Assembly (NCBI GenBank): GCA_052389415.1 | Contig: JBQTHX010000029.1 | Span: 1-27,616 of the forward strand | From: Nitrosopumilaceae archaeon | GTDB taxonomy: Archaea > Thermoproteota > Nitrososphaeria > Nitrososphaerales > Nitrosopumilaceae | Direction: 5' to 3' | Length of the DNA: 27,616 bases | Shown here: one piece after another, positions 16,418 to 26,897 of the stretch | Numbering within the stretch: position 1 is the stretch's first letter | How the letters are laid out: each line of letters starts with the position of its first letter | Made by a program: the position numbers and the translations under genes | The notes under the pieces: generated by a model | What the model was told of the DNA's origin: nothing | What the model saw: the letters and a program-made list of their open reading frames with translations, nothing else | The model's database searches: none

Positions 16418-17287
16418 GTGAGTAAGTTAGGTTCAATCTCTGTTGGGAATTCAAATCCTGTGAGAATCATGGGAATACTAAACCTAAGCCCAGAATCCTT
16501 TTTTAAAAAATCCATAGCAACTAGTAAGGAGACGATAATTAGAAAAACTAGAGAGATCGAAGAACAAGGAGCAGATTTTATAGACATAGGAGGAATGTCT
16601 ACAGCCCCTTACTTGAAAACAATAATTCCACAAAAAAAAGAATCGGATAGGATAACTAAATCTATTAAAATAATTCAAAGAATCTCAAACATTCCAATTT
16701 CTGTAGATACATGCAGATCAGAAGTTGCAAAATCAGCACTTGAACTAGGAGTTGAAATAATTAATGATATTTCAGGTTTAAAATATGATAAAGAGATGCC
16801 CAAGATTGTAGAAAAATATGGTCCATCACTGATATTATGTGCGTTTAGTAAAAATCTAGTTAGGGGCAACCTGCTAAGTCAAACGAGGAATCTTTTGCAT
16901 GAAAGCATACAGATTGCAAAATCTGCACATATCTCTACAAATCACATTGTCGTAGATCCTGCTATAGGGTTTTTTAGAAAAAAAGGAAAAGGCAAGTTTT
17001 TTACAAGAATAAACTCAGATTGGGTAGAAAGAGATCTCTTAATTCTAAATAATTTATCAAAGATAAAACTAAACCATCCAATACTTGTTTCTGTCTCGCG
17101 CAAATCCTTTATAGGAAATTTATTGCAAACTGACAGTCCAGATGAAAGACTGTATGGTTCACTTGCTGCTGAATCAATAGCTGTGCTCAATGGTGCTGAT
17201 ATCATCAGAACCCATAATGTTCAAGAAACAAAGGAAGTTGTTAGCATATCACAAAAATTATCGCATCGATTCAGGAAAGGCTTATAA
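16418..17287 (+). CDS. folP: Dihydropteroate synthase
   Basis: IMGILNLSPESF, GADFIDIGGMSTAP, ISVDT, INDISG, DPAIGF, SRKSF and IRTHNV. Confidence 0.94.
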   Translation: MSKLGSISVGNSNPVRIMGILNLSPESFFKKSIATSKETIIRKTREIEEQGADFIDIGGMSTAPYLKTIIPQKKESDRITKSIKIIQRISNIPISVDTCRSEVAKSALELGVEIINDISGLKYDKEMPKIVEKYGPSLILCAFSKNLVRGNLLSQTRNLLHESIQIAKSAHISTNHIVVDPAIGFFRKKGKGKFFTRINSDWVERDLLILNNLSKIKLNHPILVSVSRKSFIGNLLQTDSPDERLYGSLAAESIAVLNGADIIRTHNVQETKEVVSISQKLSHRFRKGL

Positions 17288-17317
17288 CGGAATTTTATTC
17301 TAGACTAGAAGGTTTAG

Positions 17318-18751
17318 TTGGAAATCCGGGAAGGACTAACTTTTGACGATGTGCTCCTAGTACCCAAACGCTCCAGTATAGTAACAAGATCTCAAACAAA
17401 CCTACAAACCAAACTATCAAAGAACATCTCACTTAACATTCCAATCATCAGTGCAAATATGGATACAGTAACAGAATCTGCCATGGCCGTTGCAATGGCA
17501 CGCGAGGGTGGAATTGGAGTGATACACAGATTTCTTACAATCTCAGAACAGGTTAATGAGGTACTTAAGGTCAAACGATCTGGAAGCGTGATTATTGAAA
17601 ATCCTTACTTTATCAAACCCGAACAAACTGTCAGAGAAGCCATGAGCTACATGAAAGAAAAAGAAGTATCAGGTCTTTTGGTAACTGACTCTGATTCAAA
17701 GTTAGTAGGGATTCTAACAAGTCGTGATATCATGTTTGAATCTGAAAGCACAAAACTTGTCAAAGATATCATGACAAGTGATGTAGTGACTGCTAAATCA
17801 GGAATTAATGGTTCAGAAGCAAAAAAAATTCTTCAAGAAAACAGGATTGAAAAACTTCCACTTGTTGATGAGAAAGGGATTGTAAAAGGTTTGATAACAA
17901 GTAAAGACATTATGAATATCGACAACTATCCCGCTGCAGCAAAGGATAAAAAAGGAAGACCTCTTGTTGGAGCCGCGGTAGGGGTAAAGGGTGACTTTAT
18001 GGAACGAACGGAAGCACTACTTGAAGCAGGCGCTGATGCAATTGTTGTTGATATAGCTCATGGCCATAGCGACCATGCCATCAACACAGTCAGGTTGATA
18101 AAAAAGGCCTTTCCGACATCTGAACTAATCGCAGGAAATGTAGCAACATCTCATGGCGCTGAGGATTTGATAAAAGCAGGCGTGGATGCCGTCAAAGTAG
18201 GAGTGGGTTCTGGTTCTATTTGTATTACAAGAGTGATTACGGGTTCTGGAGTGCCTCAACTAACTGCAGTACTTGACTGTGCAAAAATTGGAAAAAAATA
18301 CGATATTCCAATAATTTCTGATGGTGGAATAAGAACATCGGGCGATGCCACTAAAGCGTTAGCAGCTGGTGCCTCCACTATAATGGTGGGAGGTATTCTT
18401 GGAGGTACTGATGAGAGTCCAGGTTCGCCTGTGATGAAAAATGGAAAAAGATTCAAGATCTATAGAGGAATGGCCTCATTTTATGCATCGCTTGGAAGAA
18501 AATCAAAAGAAACTGGAAACGTATCGATAAGTGAAGATCTTAATGATTATGTTGCCGAAGGTGTAGAGGCGATGGTTCCATACAAGGGAAGTGTAACAGA
18601 TATCATAAAACAACTAACTGGTGGAATAAGATCTGGATTGAGTTATTGCGGTGCAAATACAATTCAGCAAATGCAAGAAAATGCTGAATTTATGAAAATG
18701 TCACGGGCTGGTTTTGCTGAAAGCCAACCACATGACGTGGATCTGATGTAA
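17318..18751 (+). CDS. guaB: IMP dehydrogenase with CBS pair
   Basis: [26 protein letters not shown], catalytic loop [20 protein letters not shown] and AEGVE. Confidence 0.97.
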   Translation: MEIREGLTFDDVLLVPKRSSIVTRSQTNLQTKLSKNISLNIPIISANMDTVTESAMAVAMAREGGIGVIHRFLTISEQVNEVLKVKRSGSVIIENPYFIKPEQTVREAMSYMKEKEVSGLLVTDSDSKLVGILTSRDIMFESESTKLVKDIMTSDVVTAKSGINGSEAKKILQENRIEKLPLVDEKGIVKGLITSKDIMNIDNYPAAAKDKKGRPLVGAAVGVKGDFMERTEALLEAGADAIVVDIAHGHSDHAINTVRLIKKAFPTSELIAGNVATSHGAEDLIKAGVDAVKVGVGSGSICITRVITGSGVPQLTAVLDCAKIGKKYDIPIISDGGIRTSGDATKALAAGASTIMVGGILGGTDESPGSPVMKNGKRFKIYRGMASFYASLGRKSKETGNVSISEDLNDYVAEGVEAMVPYKGSVTDIIKQLTGGIRSGLSYCGANTIQQMQENAEFMKMSRAGFAESQPHDVDLM

Positions 18752-18788
18752 TTCACTTTTAAATATAGTATACAAACTAGTTGGTTCA

Positions 18789-19253
18789 ATGATTACCAAA
18801 AAGACTGCAATTGGAATCGGGATAGGAATTTTTCTGATCATTTGGGGATCTGTCTTTTTAATCCCTTCATTTGGGAAACAGACATTATCAATTGATGAAA
18901 CAGTTGCAAAGGGTGGAAATACTGTCTATCAGTTTGATGCAAATGAACAGTTCCATCAAATACTAAATGTTACAGGAAGTTCATTTCATGTTAAGATTAA
19001 GACTCCTGCAGATAGCTTTCAACTAGATAATGATTTCAAAAATGAAGCTAAACTAGATTGGTATGGAGTACAAGACGGACAACACAGAATTGAGATTGCA
19101 AATACTGGAGATTCTGAGGTAAAAATATCTGGAACACTTGAATTCATTAGCAATCCAATCGAGTTCGCCAAACACATGCTTCCAATAATATCTGGAGTCA
19201 TCATTATTGGAATTAGTGCTGTTTTTACAGTGAGAAAACCGCGAGGATTTTAG
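18789..19253 (+). CDS. Membrane protein with two TM helices flanking a beta-rich extracellular domain
   Basis: Hydrophobic N- and C-terminal segments, basic tail RKPRGF, and a T-rich/TAAATATA TATA-like box upstream. Confidence 0.72.
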   Translation: MITKKTAIGIGIGIFLIIWGSVFLIPSFGKQTLSIDETVAKGGNTVYQFDANEQFHQILNVTGSSFHVKIKTPADSFQLDNDFKNEAKLDWYGVQDGQHRIEIANTGDSEVKISGTLEFISNPIEFAKHMLPIISGVIIIGISAVFTVRKPRGF

Positions 19254-20065
19254 ACAAGTTCTGCACGAGGATATGAGCCTAGTATCTTAAGAAAGATAGT
19301 TTCTTCTTTAATCTTAGTCAATACATCACCTATGTGAGATTCGCTTTCATGGCCTTCAAAATCAACGTAGAAATTGTATTCCCACGGAGTGCTTTTTGTT
19401 GGCCTAGATTCGATCTTTGTTAGATTTATCTTACTTGAGTTGAATTTTTCAAGAATTCTGTAGAGTGCACCTGGAATGTGTTTTATGGAAAAAATTATTG
19501 AAGTCTTGTCCTTTCCGGTCTTTTCGTGTTTTTGCTTTGCTAGAATTAGAAACCTGGTATAATTATTTGCGTTATCTTCGACATTCTCTTGAATTATGGG
19601 AACTTTGTATATCTCGGCAGCGGTCTTGCTTGCAATACATGCAGCATTTTTGTTTTTTATTTCAAGTAATATCTTTACACTACCTGCTGTGTCATAAGTA
19701 GGAATAGGTTTGAGTTTGTGTTCTTGAATAAATCTTCTACACTGTCCTAGTGCTTGAGGATGTGAATACACAGTATCTATCTTTTCAAGTTCATCAAATC
19801 CCAATAAACAATGTTGTATCCTGTAATAGATCTCTCCAACTACATTAAGGGAAGTTGACAAAAGAAGATCATAGCTTTCGCCCACACTTCCTTCTAGAGA
19901 ATTTTCAATCGGAAGTACGGAATAGTCTGTCCTATCTTTTTCGGTTGATTCTAAAACATCATAAAACGTGGGATGTGGGATGGTTTCTAAATCATTTTTA
20001 AAAAAATGTAATGCTGCTGCTTCACTATAAGCACCCCTCTCTCCTTGGAATGAAGCTTTAGGCAT
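19250..20065 (-). CDS. pheA: Prephenate dehydratase with ACT domain
   Basis: QGERGAYSE, PIENSLEGSV, SHPQALGQC, NYTRF, LTKIESRP and LGSYP. Confidence 0.96.
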   Translation of the reverse strand: MPKASFQGERGAYSEAAALHFFKNDLETIPHPTFYDVLESTEKDRTDYSVLPIENSLEGSVGESYDLLLSTSLNVVGEIYYRIQHCLLGFDELEKIDTVYSHPQALGQCRRFIQEHKLKPIPTYDTAGSVKILLEIKNKNAACIASKTAAEIYKVPIIQENVEDNANNYTRFLILAKQKHEKTGKDKTSIIFSIKHIPGALYRILEKFNSSKINLTKIESRPTKSTPWEYNFYVDFEGHESESHIGDVLTKIKEETIFLKILGSYPRAELV

Positions 20066-20070
20066 TACAC

Positions 20071-20622
20071 TTACTGGGATCCTAGTTTTATAAAATCGCC
20101 GTTTCCAAATTTACTTGACAGCTTTCTTTCTTCGATATAGCCGCACTCTACACATTTTACATTAGCACCTATCTGTACCACTCTGCTAGCACATTTGTTA
20201 CACTTGGTAAACAAAACTCCAAGTTCTGGTTCGCTAATAGAACCATGAATTGCTCCATTTAGATGACTAATTATCTTGACCATGACTACATCGCTTACTC
20301 TTGCGATAATTCTTTTTTTTGCTCCTCTAGCTTGACAGATGCATTCTAGACCAGAATGTGTTGGCTTGTTGTTTATGTATAAAATATTAACAGCAAACAT
20401 ATTGTTCATCAGTGCAGCCACATTGCCAATTATTAGATCATTTACCTGAGGAACAGCTGGTGACTTTATTTGATTGATCTTTGCAATTCGATGAGTTTTA
20501 TCAAATTCTTTTGTGCCTATTACTACTGATCGTATGGTGTGTCCATCATCAAACGTATTGTTACCTGTTTCAAACTCTTCTATTGTTGCCACTTTATCCC
20601 CTGGTAAACTAAATTCAGACAA
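20071..20622 (-). CDS. csl4: Exosome complex RNA-binding protein Csl4
   Basis: PGDKVATIEEF, S1-like core, ELGV, and Zn ribbon CNKC...CVECGYIEERKLS; adjacent to dph2. Confidence 0.92.
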   Translation of the reverse strand: MSEFSLPGDKVATIEEFETGNNTFDDGHTIRSVVIGTKEFDKTHRIAKINQIKSPAVPQVNDLIIGNVAALMNNMFAVNILYINNKPTHSGLECICQARGAKKRIIARVSDVVMVKIISHLNGAIHGSISEPELGVLFTKCNKCASRVVQIGANVKCVECGYIEERKLSSKFGNGDFIKLGSQ

Positions 20623-20655
20623 TGTAGAATTTTCGCGCCTGTTGATTATAATTGT

Positions 20656-21651
20656 TTATAGCCAATGTGGAATTTGCAAAAACTCCTCTATGCTTTCATT
20701 TTTTAACAATTTTAAAAGTGCATTTGCCTGTGGTGTAGAAAGCACTGGTTTGTGAAAATGATTATCCGTAGATATTCTTGGACACGCAACCTGAATGAAA
20801 GCATCAATTCCTTTTAGGTTACCTAGCCTGTCATCTGTGATCTCTGTTAAAGCAAAGAGTTGCACTTTTTTACCAGCTTTTTCAAGCTCCTTTCTGAATT
20901 TCAGTGCTGTAGTTTTGGAAAATTGACCTTCCTTAAGACCAACTATGATTCCAAAGGTTTCCGCTTCAGCGGCTTTGTAGACTGCAAGGATTGCTTTTTG
21001 TTGGAGTTTCTGTGCAAACTCGGTGACCTCTCTTATCTCATCAAAATAAGGATCTAGGATGTACGTTGGCTTTCCAGTTGAAAGTGCAATTCCTGATGCA
21101 TGAAAAGCACTTTGTCCTAAAAACACATTTGCGTCTACGCTTTCTTTTGTTTCTGTAATAGGGTAAAACTCGCAGCCAAAAACCTGGCCATCATTTAACT
21201 GACCTTTACCTTTGCCCACTTTTACTGTGACTTTGCCTTCTTCTAGGATTTTTTTTACTTTATCTATCTGTGGAAGATGTTGGCTATCAGTTACTAGGGA
21301 AACAGTTTTTCCAGCAAGTTCTGTTGCGCATTTTCTTGCCACCTTGTCAAAGGAAATATCATCAAAGGCATCGATTAGAATGACATTTTCGCCAAAAGAA
21401 GTGTCGTTTATGGTATGTCCTATGTGGAAAAGCAACTCGGCACCCAAAACTTTGGCGCCATTTGTATTCATATCACACGTACCAAAACATGAATCTGCAA
21501 GAACATATGCAGGAATTCCAAAACTCTCCATTATTTTCAAGGCAGTTTCTTGGATCTTGGGAATAATTCCGTCTGGTCCATTCAAAGCAACAGAAACAGG
21601 CTTTCTTTTTTGGATCTCATCAAATATTCTATTTTCATCTATAACTATCAT
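20656..21651 (-). CDS. dph2: Diphthamide biosynthesis enzyme (2-(3-amino-3-carboxypropyl)histidine synthase)
   Basis: Three Fe-S cysteines in FGTCD, GQVFGC and ACPR; also HIGH and KEGQ. Confidence 0.94.
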   Translation of the reverse strand: MIVIDENRIFDEIQKRKPVSVALNGPDGIIPKIQETALKIMESFGIPAYVLADSCFGTCDMNTNGAKVLGAELLFHIGHTINDTSFGENVILIDAFDDISFDKVARKCATELAGKTVSLVTDSQHLPQIDKVKKILEEGKVTVKVGKGKGQLNDGQVFGCEFYPITETKESVDANVFLGQSAFHASGIALSTGKPTYILDPYFDEIREVTEFAQKLQQKAILAVYKAAEAETFGIIVGLKEGQFSKTTALKFRKELEKAGKKVQLFALTEITDDRLGNLKGIDAFIQVACPRISTDNHFHKPVLSTPQANALLKLLKNESIEEFLQIPHWL

Positions 21652-21734
21652 TTGTTGTTTAAAGCTAACTCATTTTTAATTTAAATCAAGCGAAGGTGCA
21701 TAATACTTAATATCGTTTGATCTAACACCATGAC

Positions 21735-21971
21735 ATGGCAATTGCATTTGTTCTCATAAATGCAGAACTTGGAACAGAAAACGAACTAGCAGAACAGCTA
21801 AAAAGTATTGAAAATGTAAAGTATGTCTATGTTCTGTACGGTGCTTACGATCTAGTAGTAAAAATTGAAGCACCTGATAGTGCGACCCTCAAAAAGACCA
21901 TATCTAATGATCTAAGGCAACTCAAAAATGTCCGTTCAACATTAACAATGACGGTAATTGACGAAAACTAG
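21735..21971 (+). CDS. Stand-alone Lrp/AsnC ligand-binding (RAM) domain protein
   Basis: AFVLIN...YGAYDLVVKIEA...VRSTLTM; 78 aa, no HTH. Confidence 0.88.
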   Translation: MAIAFVLINAELGTENELAEQLKSIENVKYVYVLYGAYDLVVKIEAPDSATLKKTISNDLRQLKNVRSTLTMTVIDEN

Positions 21972-23304
21972 CACTGTTCTTCACATTGGTTTTGATGACA
22001 CTGACTCTAGGAAGGGAATGTGTACAACGTTTCTTGCATACAAGATTGTAGAATATCTGAAAAAAGAGCAAGTACAATTTTTAGATTATCCATATTTGAT
22101 CAGGTTTAATCCTAACATACCTTGGAAAACACGAGGAAACGGTGCAGTAGCTATCAAAATAAAAACAGAGAAAGCAGATACAATAAAAAAAAACATAACC
22201 GATTTTATCAAGAAATATTCGGCAATAAATGAGGGAGCAAACCCTGGCCTAGTTTTTTATCAGCAAGAAAAAATCCCGGAAAACTTTTCTAAATTTAGTA
22301 AAGTAGCACTATCTCAGCTAATAAGTAGAAACAAAGCTAAAGAATTTGCCATAAAAAATGGTATAGAATCATTTTACCTTGGAAACGGACAGGGATTAAT
22401 AGGATCTGTTGGTGCAATAGGTTATTCGTTTGATGATCACACCTTTGAACTTATCAGCTACAGAGATGAATCTAATTTTGGAAAAAAACGAGTAATCTCA
22501 AAAGAAAGTGTTAAACAAATGCAAGATAGCAATTCAAGGATCTTTAACAGTTTTGACGAAGAAAAAAATCGAGTCCTGATTGCCCCGCATGGACCTGACC
22601 CGGTACTATTTGGGGTTCGTGGAGAAGATCCAGAATCTATCTTAAAAGGAGTATCGATGATCAAAACCCCAGAAAAGTTTGCAGGTTACATGATCTTTAG
22701 ATCAAATCAAGGTACTGGGGCTCATTTAGAAAATGAACTTGATCTGTCAGATTTGAAACCATTTTCCTCGGGAACTATTATCGGAAAGATATCAGAGCCG
22801 CCAAAAATTGGACTTGGAGGACACGTAATTTTCTCTATTGTTAAAAATCATAAAACAATCCAATGTGCAGTATACAAACCTACAGGACTGACACAGATAG
22901 TTTCTAAACTAATCAGGGGTGATCTGGTAAAGATTGGTGGAGGTATAAGAAAAGCGTCAAAAAATCATAAGCGAACTTTGAATGTAGAGTTTATCGAAGT
23001 CATCAAGTTAGAAAAAAACCAAAAATTGGTAAATCCGCTCTGTCATTTTTGCAACAAAAGAATGAAATCAAAAGGTAGAAACCAATACTTTGAATGTATA
23101 AAGTGCAATAGAACGTCAAAACAAAAAATACTTGAAGAAATTCCACGGGAAATTGAAAAAAGATTTTACGTGCCAATTCTATCTGCTCACAGACATCTGA
23201 CTAGGCCTTTACAAAGGATGGAAAGGTCAAATAAAAAAATTATTTTTTCTGATTCGAAAAACTGGTTTTATGTATCAAAGTTGAAAAATCATCATACGAA
23301 TTAA
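21958..23304 (+). CDS. tiaS: tRNA(Ile2) agmatinylcytidine synthase
   Basis: IGFDDTDS..GMCTT, NPNIPWKTRGNG, PHGPDPVLFGVRG, SNQGT, OB fold, Zn ribbon and RHLTRP. Confidence 0.95.
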   Translation: MTKTSTVLHIGFDDTDSRKGMCTTFLAYKIVEYLKKEQVQFLDYPYLIRFNPNIPWKTRGNGAVAIKIKTEKADTIKKNITDFIKKYSAINEGANPGLVFYQQEKIPENFSKFSKVALSQLISRNKAKEFAIKNGIESFYLGNGQGLIGSVGAIGYSFDDHTFELISYRDESNFGKKRVISKESVKQMQDSNSRIFNSFDEEKNRVLIAPHGPDPVLFGVRGEDPESILKGVSMIKTPEKFAGYMIFRSNQGTGAHLENELDLSDLKPFSSGTIIGKISEPPKIGLGGHVIFSIVKNHKTIQCAVYKPTGLTQIVSKLIRGDLVKIGGGIRKASKNHKRTLNVEFIEVIKLEKNQKLVNPLCHFCNKRMKSKGRNQYFECIKCNRTSKQKILEEIPREIEKRFYVPILSAHRHLTRPLQRMERSNKKIIFSDSKNWFYVSKLKNHHTN

Positions 23305-23344
23305 AAAAACTAGATTTGTGGATGAACAATCTAATAAAATAGCA

Positions 23345-23450
23345 TAGCGGGGAGTAGATTTGAACTACTGATTTGCGGGTATCTCATCAGTATTGATTAT
23401 GAGCCCGCCGGGATGACTTTGCCCAAGTAGTCTGGCTTCCCCACCCCGCT
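23345..23450 (-). tRNA. Initiator tRNA-Met (CAT) with two introns (23381-23397 and ~23418-23431)
   Basis: Acceptor stem AGCGGGG/CCCCGCT with A1-U72; anticodon stem GCGGG/CCCGC with three G-C pairs; loop CTCATAA; T arm AGTAG-TTCAAAT-CTACT. Removing 17 + 14 nt gives a 75-nt cloverleaf. TATA-like TATATAT at 23474-23480. Confidence 0.92.
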
Positions 23451-23532
23451 AACTGAAAAGAAGTTTCAGAGTGATATATACACTTTATCAAAATTTGGAA
23501 ATAATTAATAGGATTCACAAGAAGTCAAAATT

Positions 23533-24624
23533 GTGAACAAGAAAATTCGAATTGCGGGAATTATTGGCGCTGTCATGGTTTCTATCATAATTTTAAGCTC
23601 ACCAAAAGATCCTATCACTATTCCGGAACCTTCAACAAACTCTACGGCAACAAAATCTGTAGAAATAGTGGCTACAAATCTTAAAAAACCATGGGCCATG
23701 GATTTTGCAGACGATAGAATTTTCTTTACAGAAAAGATTGGAGCAATAAGAGTGATTAATTCAGGAACTTTGTTAGAAGAACCTCTTGCCAATTTACGTG
23801 TAGAAGATGTTACTGATGGAGGTTTGCTTGGCCTAACCTTACATCCTGATTTTGGAAAAAACCATTTTCTCTATGTTTTTTACACATATGAAGAAGACGG
23901 GAAACTTTGGAATAAGGTAATTAGAATTACTGAATCAGAAAATAAACTTGCAGATGCAATGACAATCATAGATAAAATTCCAGGAGCAGAATTTGATAAT
24001 GGTGGCGTAATAAAATTTGGCCCAGACAGAAAACTGTACATTGGTACTGGTGATGCCACTGAAGAACACAATTCACAAAACATTCAATCCCTTTCAGGGA
24101 AAATTCTTAGACTAGATGACGATGGCAGTATTCCTTCTGATAATCCATTTCAAAATCCCGTGTTTTCATATGGTCACAGAAACCCTCAAGGAATAGACTG
24201 GGATAAATCAGGAAACATGTATGTGACAGAACACGGTCCTACAAAAAATGATGAGATAAATCTTGTTAACGCCGGTCAGAACTTTGGTTGGCCAGACGAA
24301 GAGTGTTCAGGTGATAAGAGTTTTGAAGATCCTGTAGCATGTTATAATCCAAGTTTAGAACCTGCTGGAATAGTGTTTTATTCTTACAGCAAACTTGATC
24401 TTGAAAATAATCTAGTTATGGCAACTCTGCGTGGAACTAATCTCTACAAAATAACAATGGATGATGGTGTCATTACTTCACAACAAAGCATATTGGGTGG
24501 AGTTGGGAGGATAAGAGATGTAAATGAAGGACCAGATGGGTATCTCTACATACTTACAGGAAATACTGACGGAAGAGGATTTCCAGATAAAACCGATGAC
24601 AAACTTATCAGGATAGTAAAATAA
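23533..24624 (+). CDS. PQQ-dependent sugar dehydrogenase (glucose/sorbosone dehydrogenase family), N-terminally anchored
   Basis: PWAMDF, GLLGLTLHPDF, GGVIKFGPD.KLYIGTGD, GKILR, YGHRNPQG, EHGP, DEIN, NFGWP and GRIRDV. Confidence 0.9.
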   Translation: MNKKIRIAGIIGAVMVSIIILSSPKDPITIPEPSTNSTATKSVEIVATNLKKPWAMDFADDRIFFTEKIGAIRVINSGTLLEEPLANLRVEDVTDGGLLGLTLHPDFGKNHFLYVFYTYEEDGKLWNKVIRITESENKLADAMTIIDKIPGAEFDNGGVIKFGPDRKLYIGTGDATEEHNSQNIQSLSGKILRLDDDGSIPSDNPFQNPVFSYGHRNPQGIDWDKSGNMYVTEHGPTKNDEINLVNAGQNFGWPDEECSGDKSFEDPVACYNPSLEPAGIVFYSYSKLDLENNLVMATLRGTNLYKITMDDGVITSQQSILGGVGRIRDVNEGPDGYLYILTGNTDGRGFPDKTDDKLIRIVK

Positions 24625-24625
24625 A

Positions 24626-25879
24626 TTGGCAAGCTCATCGATCTCAAAGTTTTACAAAAAAAGTAAGAAGGATCGAATAAAAACAATAGCCTCATTTTGC
24701 AATCTCTCAAAAAAAGATATTAAAATTCTACAAGACGGGAATGGAATAAAATTTGATGAAGCAGATAAGATGGTAGAAAATGCTATAGGGACAGTATCAT
24801 TCCCTCTTGGAATTGCTACAAGCTTTAGGATAAATAAAAAAGACTACCTAATTCCAATGGTAATCGAGGAGCCTTCTGTAATTGCTGCTGCCTCAAAAGC
24901 CGCAAAGATAGCAAGAAAACATGGCGGATTTTTCATGAAAGCAGACGAGTCGTACAGCATTGGTCAGATCCAAGTTGTAGATGTTAATACAAAATTAGCT
25001 ATCTCAAAGATAATGAAATCTTCTAAGGAAATTCTAAAAATAGCAAATTCTAAAAGCAAAACTCTCTCTGCTCTGAAAAAAGGTGCAAAACAAGTCTCCT
25101 GTAAGGTAATCAAGACTAGATCAGGTCCAATGCTGATTGTTGAGCTATTAATTGACGTTGGAGATGCGATGGGCGCAAATGTAACAAATACCATGTGTGA
25201 AAGCGTAGCACCTTTAATTGAAAAATTGACAGGGGGGAGAGTAATACTAAAGATACTATCAAACTACGCTACAAAAAGACTGGTAAGAGGAACTGCCATT
25301 TTTGATAAAAACCAAGTCGGTGGTCAAAAAATAATTGATAATATTGTCTTGGCATACCAATTTGCAGCAAACGATCCATACAGAGCTGTGACTCATAACA
25401 AGGGAATCATGAATGGAATAATTGCAGTCGCAAATGCAACTGGACAAGACACAAGAGCAATTGAAGCAGCAGCTCATGCCTATGCAGCAAGGACTGGAAA
25501 ATATAACTCGCTTTCTGAATGGAGCAAAGACAAAAATGGAAACTTGGTAGGCAAAATTGAATTACCAATGTCTGTGGGAACCGTAGGTGGAATAATCAAT
25601 GTTCATCCCATGATCAAAGTTTGTACAAAAATTATTAGAGTAAAATCTGCAAATGAACTTGCGTGTGTAATCGCTGCAACTGGTCTTGCACAAAACTTTA
25701 GCGCCTTACGAGCTCTTGCCTCTGAAGGTATACAAAAAGGACACATGAGATTACATGCGAGAAACATTGCTGCTGCTGCTGGTGTCAGATCAGATAAGAT
25801 AGACAATGTAACAAAGAGAATGATAAAAGAAGGAAACGTCTCAATACATCGAGCAAAAGAAATACTAAAAGAACTTTAG
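24626..25879 (+). CDS. mvaA: HMG-CoA reductase, class II (NAD-dependent/degradative-type family)
   Basis: ENAIG, EEPSVIAA, DAMGAN, ILSN, THNKGIMNGI, GQDTRAIEA and EGIQKGHMRLH. Confidence 0.93.
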   Translation: MASSSISKFYKKSKKDRIKTIASFCNLSKKDIKILQDGNGIKFDEADKMVENAIGTVSFPLGIATSFRINKKDYLIPMVIEEPSVIAAASKAAKIARKHGGFFMKADESYSIGQIQVVDVNTKLAISKIMKSSKEILKIANSKSKTLSALKKGAKQVSCKVIKTRSGPMLIVELLIDVGDAMGANVTNTMCESVAPLIEKLTGGRVILKILSNYATKRLVRGTAIFDKNQVGGQKIIDNIVLAYQFAANDPYRAVTHNKGIMNGIIAVANATGQDTRAIEAAAHAYAARTGKYNSLSEWSKDKNGNLVGKIELPMSVGTVGGIINVHPMIKVCTKIIRVKSANELACVIAATGLAQNFSALRALASEGIQKGHMRLHARNIAAAAGVRSDKIDNVTKRMIKEGNVSIHRAKEILKEL

Positions 25880-25919
25880 CGCCCAAGATATATATCTAAA
25901 ATCAATCGTTAGGACAACG

Positions 25920-26897
25920 TTGACTTTAGTTAAATTTGCAATACCCAAAGGTAGTATTGAGGATGCTACCTTCAAGGTTTTAGAAAGATCTTGGACTAAA
26001 GTAAGACGAAGAGACAGAACATATCGTGTGTATCTAGATGATCCACAAATTGCAGTAAAGATGCTAAGACCACAAGAGATCCCAAACCTTGTTTTTGATG
26101 GATTGTATGATGTAGGAATAACCGGAAAGGATTGGGTGCTAGAAACAAATGCAGATGTGCAAACTCTACTGGATCTGGAATATGGAAAAATAAAGCTTGT
26201 AATAGCAATACCTGATACGTATAGCTTCAAATCGCTTGATGAAATGATTGCAGCATATGCAAAAAAGAACAAAATACTAAGGATATCTTCAGAATATCTT
26301 ACTACGGCAGCAAAATTCATAAAGCAATCTAAAAATTATAAAAAACTTTATGGCACAAAAGATCCGCTCATCATAACTCCATGGCTACGAATAGGATCAA
26401 ACAAGAATGTGCAGATCCACTTGTCATTTGGCGCAACAGAGGCAAAGCCACCAGATGATGTAGATGCAATAATGGACGTAACAGAAACAGGAACTACACT
26501 AACCCAAAATCAATTAAAGATTGTAGATACTGTGCTAGAATCAAGTGCTATTTTAATTGCGAATAAATCATCACTTAAAGACAAGACAAAACGGGAAAAG
26601 ATCTACGATATAGTCACCTTGTTACGTGGTGCTGTAGAAGGAAAGGAGCACCTACACATATTTCTTAACGTACAAGAAAAGAATCTAAATAAATTACTAA
26701 AGGAACTTCCGTCATTGAAACGACCTACTCTTAGTCCTCTCACTGAGAAGGGATGGTATGGCATAAACACAGTAATTCCAAAGTCTGAATTCCACAAACT
26801 CATTCCTAAACTTAGAAAAATAGCACAAGGACTAGTAGTACATGAACCAAAACAAATACTGGCACTAGAGGAGATAAAACGAGATGAGGAAAAATGA
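25920..26897 (+). CDS. hisG: ATP phosphoribosyltransferase (long form)
   Basis: AIPKGS, RPQEIP, DVGITGKD, GATE, DVTETGTTL and a C-terminal regulatory domain (PTLSPL). Confidence 0.95.
   Translation: MTLVKFAIPKGSIEDATFKVLERSWTKVRRRDRTYRVYLDDPQIAVKMLRPQEIPNLVFDGLYDVGITGKDWVLETNADVQTLLDLEYGKIKLVIAIPDTYSFKSLDEMIAAYAKKNKILRISSEYLTTAAKFIKQSKNYKKLYGTKDPLIITPWLRIGSNKNVQIHLSFGATEAKPPDDVDAIMDVTETGTTLTQNQLKIVDTVLESSAILIANKSSLKDKTKREKIYDIVTLLRGAVEGKEHLHIFLNVQEKNLNKLLKELPSLKRPTLSPLTEKGWYGINTVIPKSEFHKLIPKLRKIAQGLVVHEPKQILALEEIKRDEEK

Noticed and set aside
21958-23450. CAT-anticodon tRNA next to tiaS being its substrate tRNA-Ile2
   Set aside because: A1-U72 and three consecutive G-C pairs in the anticodon stem identify it as initiator Met.
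23345-23450. The tRNA as the integration target of the element
   Set aside because: It is 7.7 kb from the integrase with housekeeping genes between, and I saw no partial tRNA duplicate in the window.
24626-25879. Class II (bacterial-type) HMG-CoA reductase as a novel transfer
   Set aside because: Class II enzymes are already known in several archaeal lineages, and this gene sits in ordinary housekeeping context.
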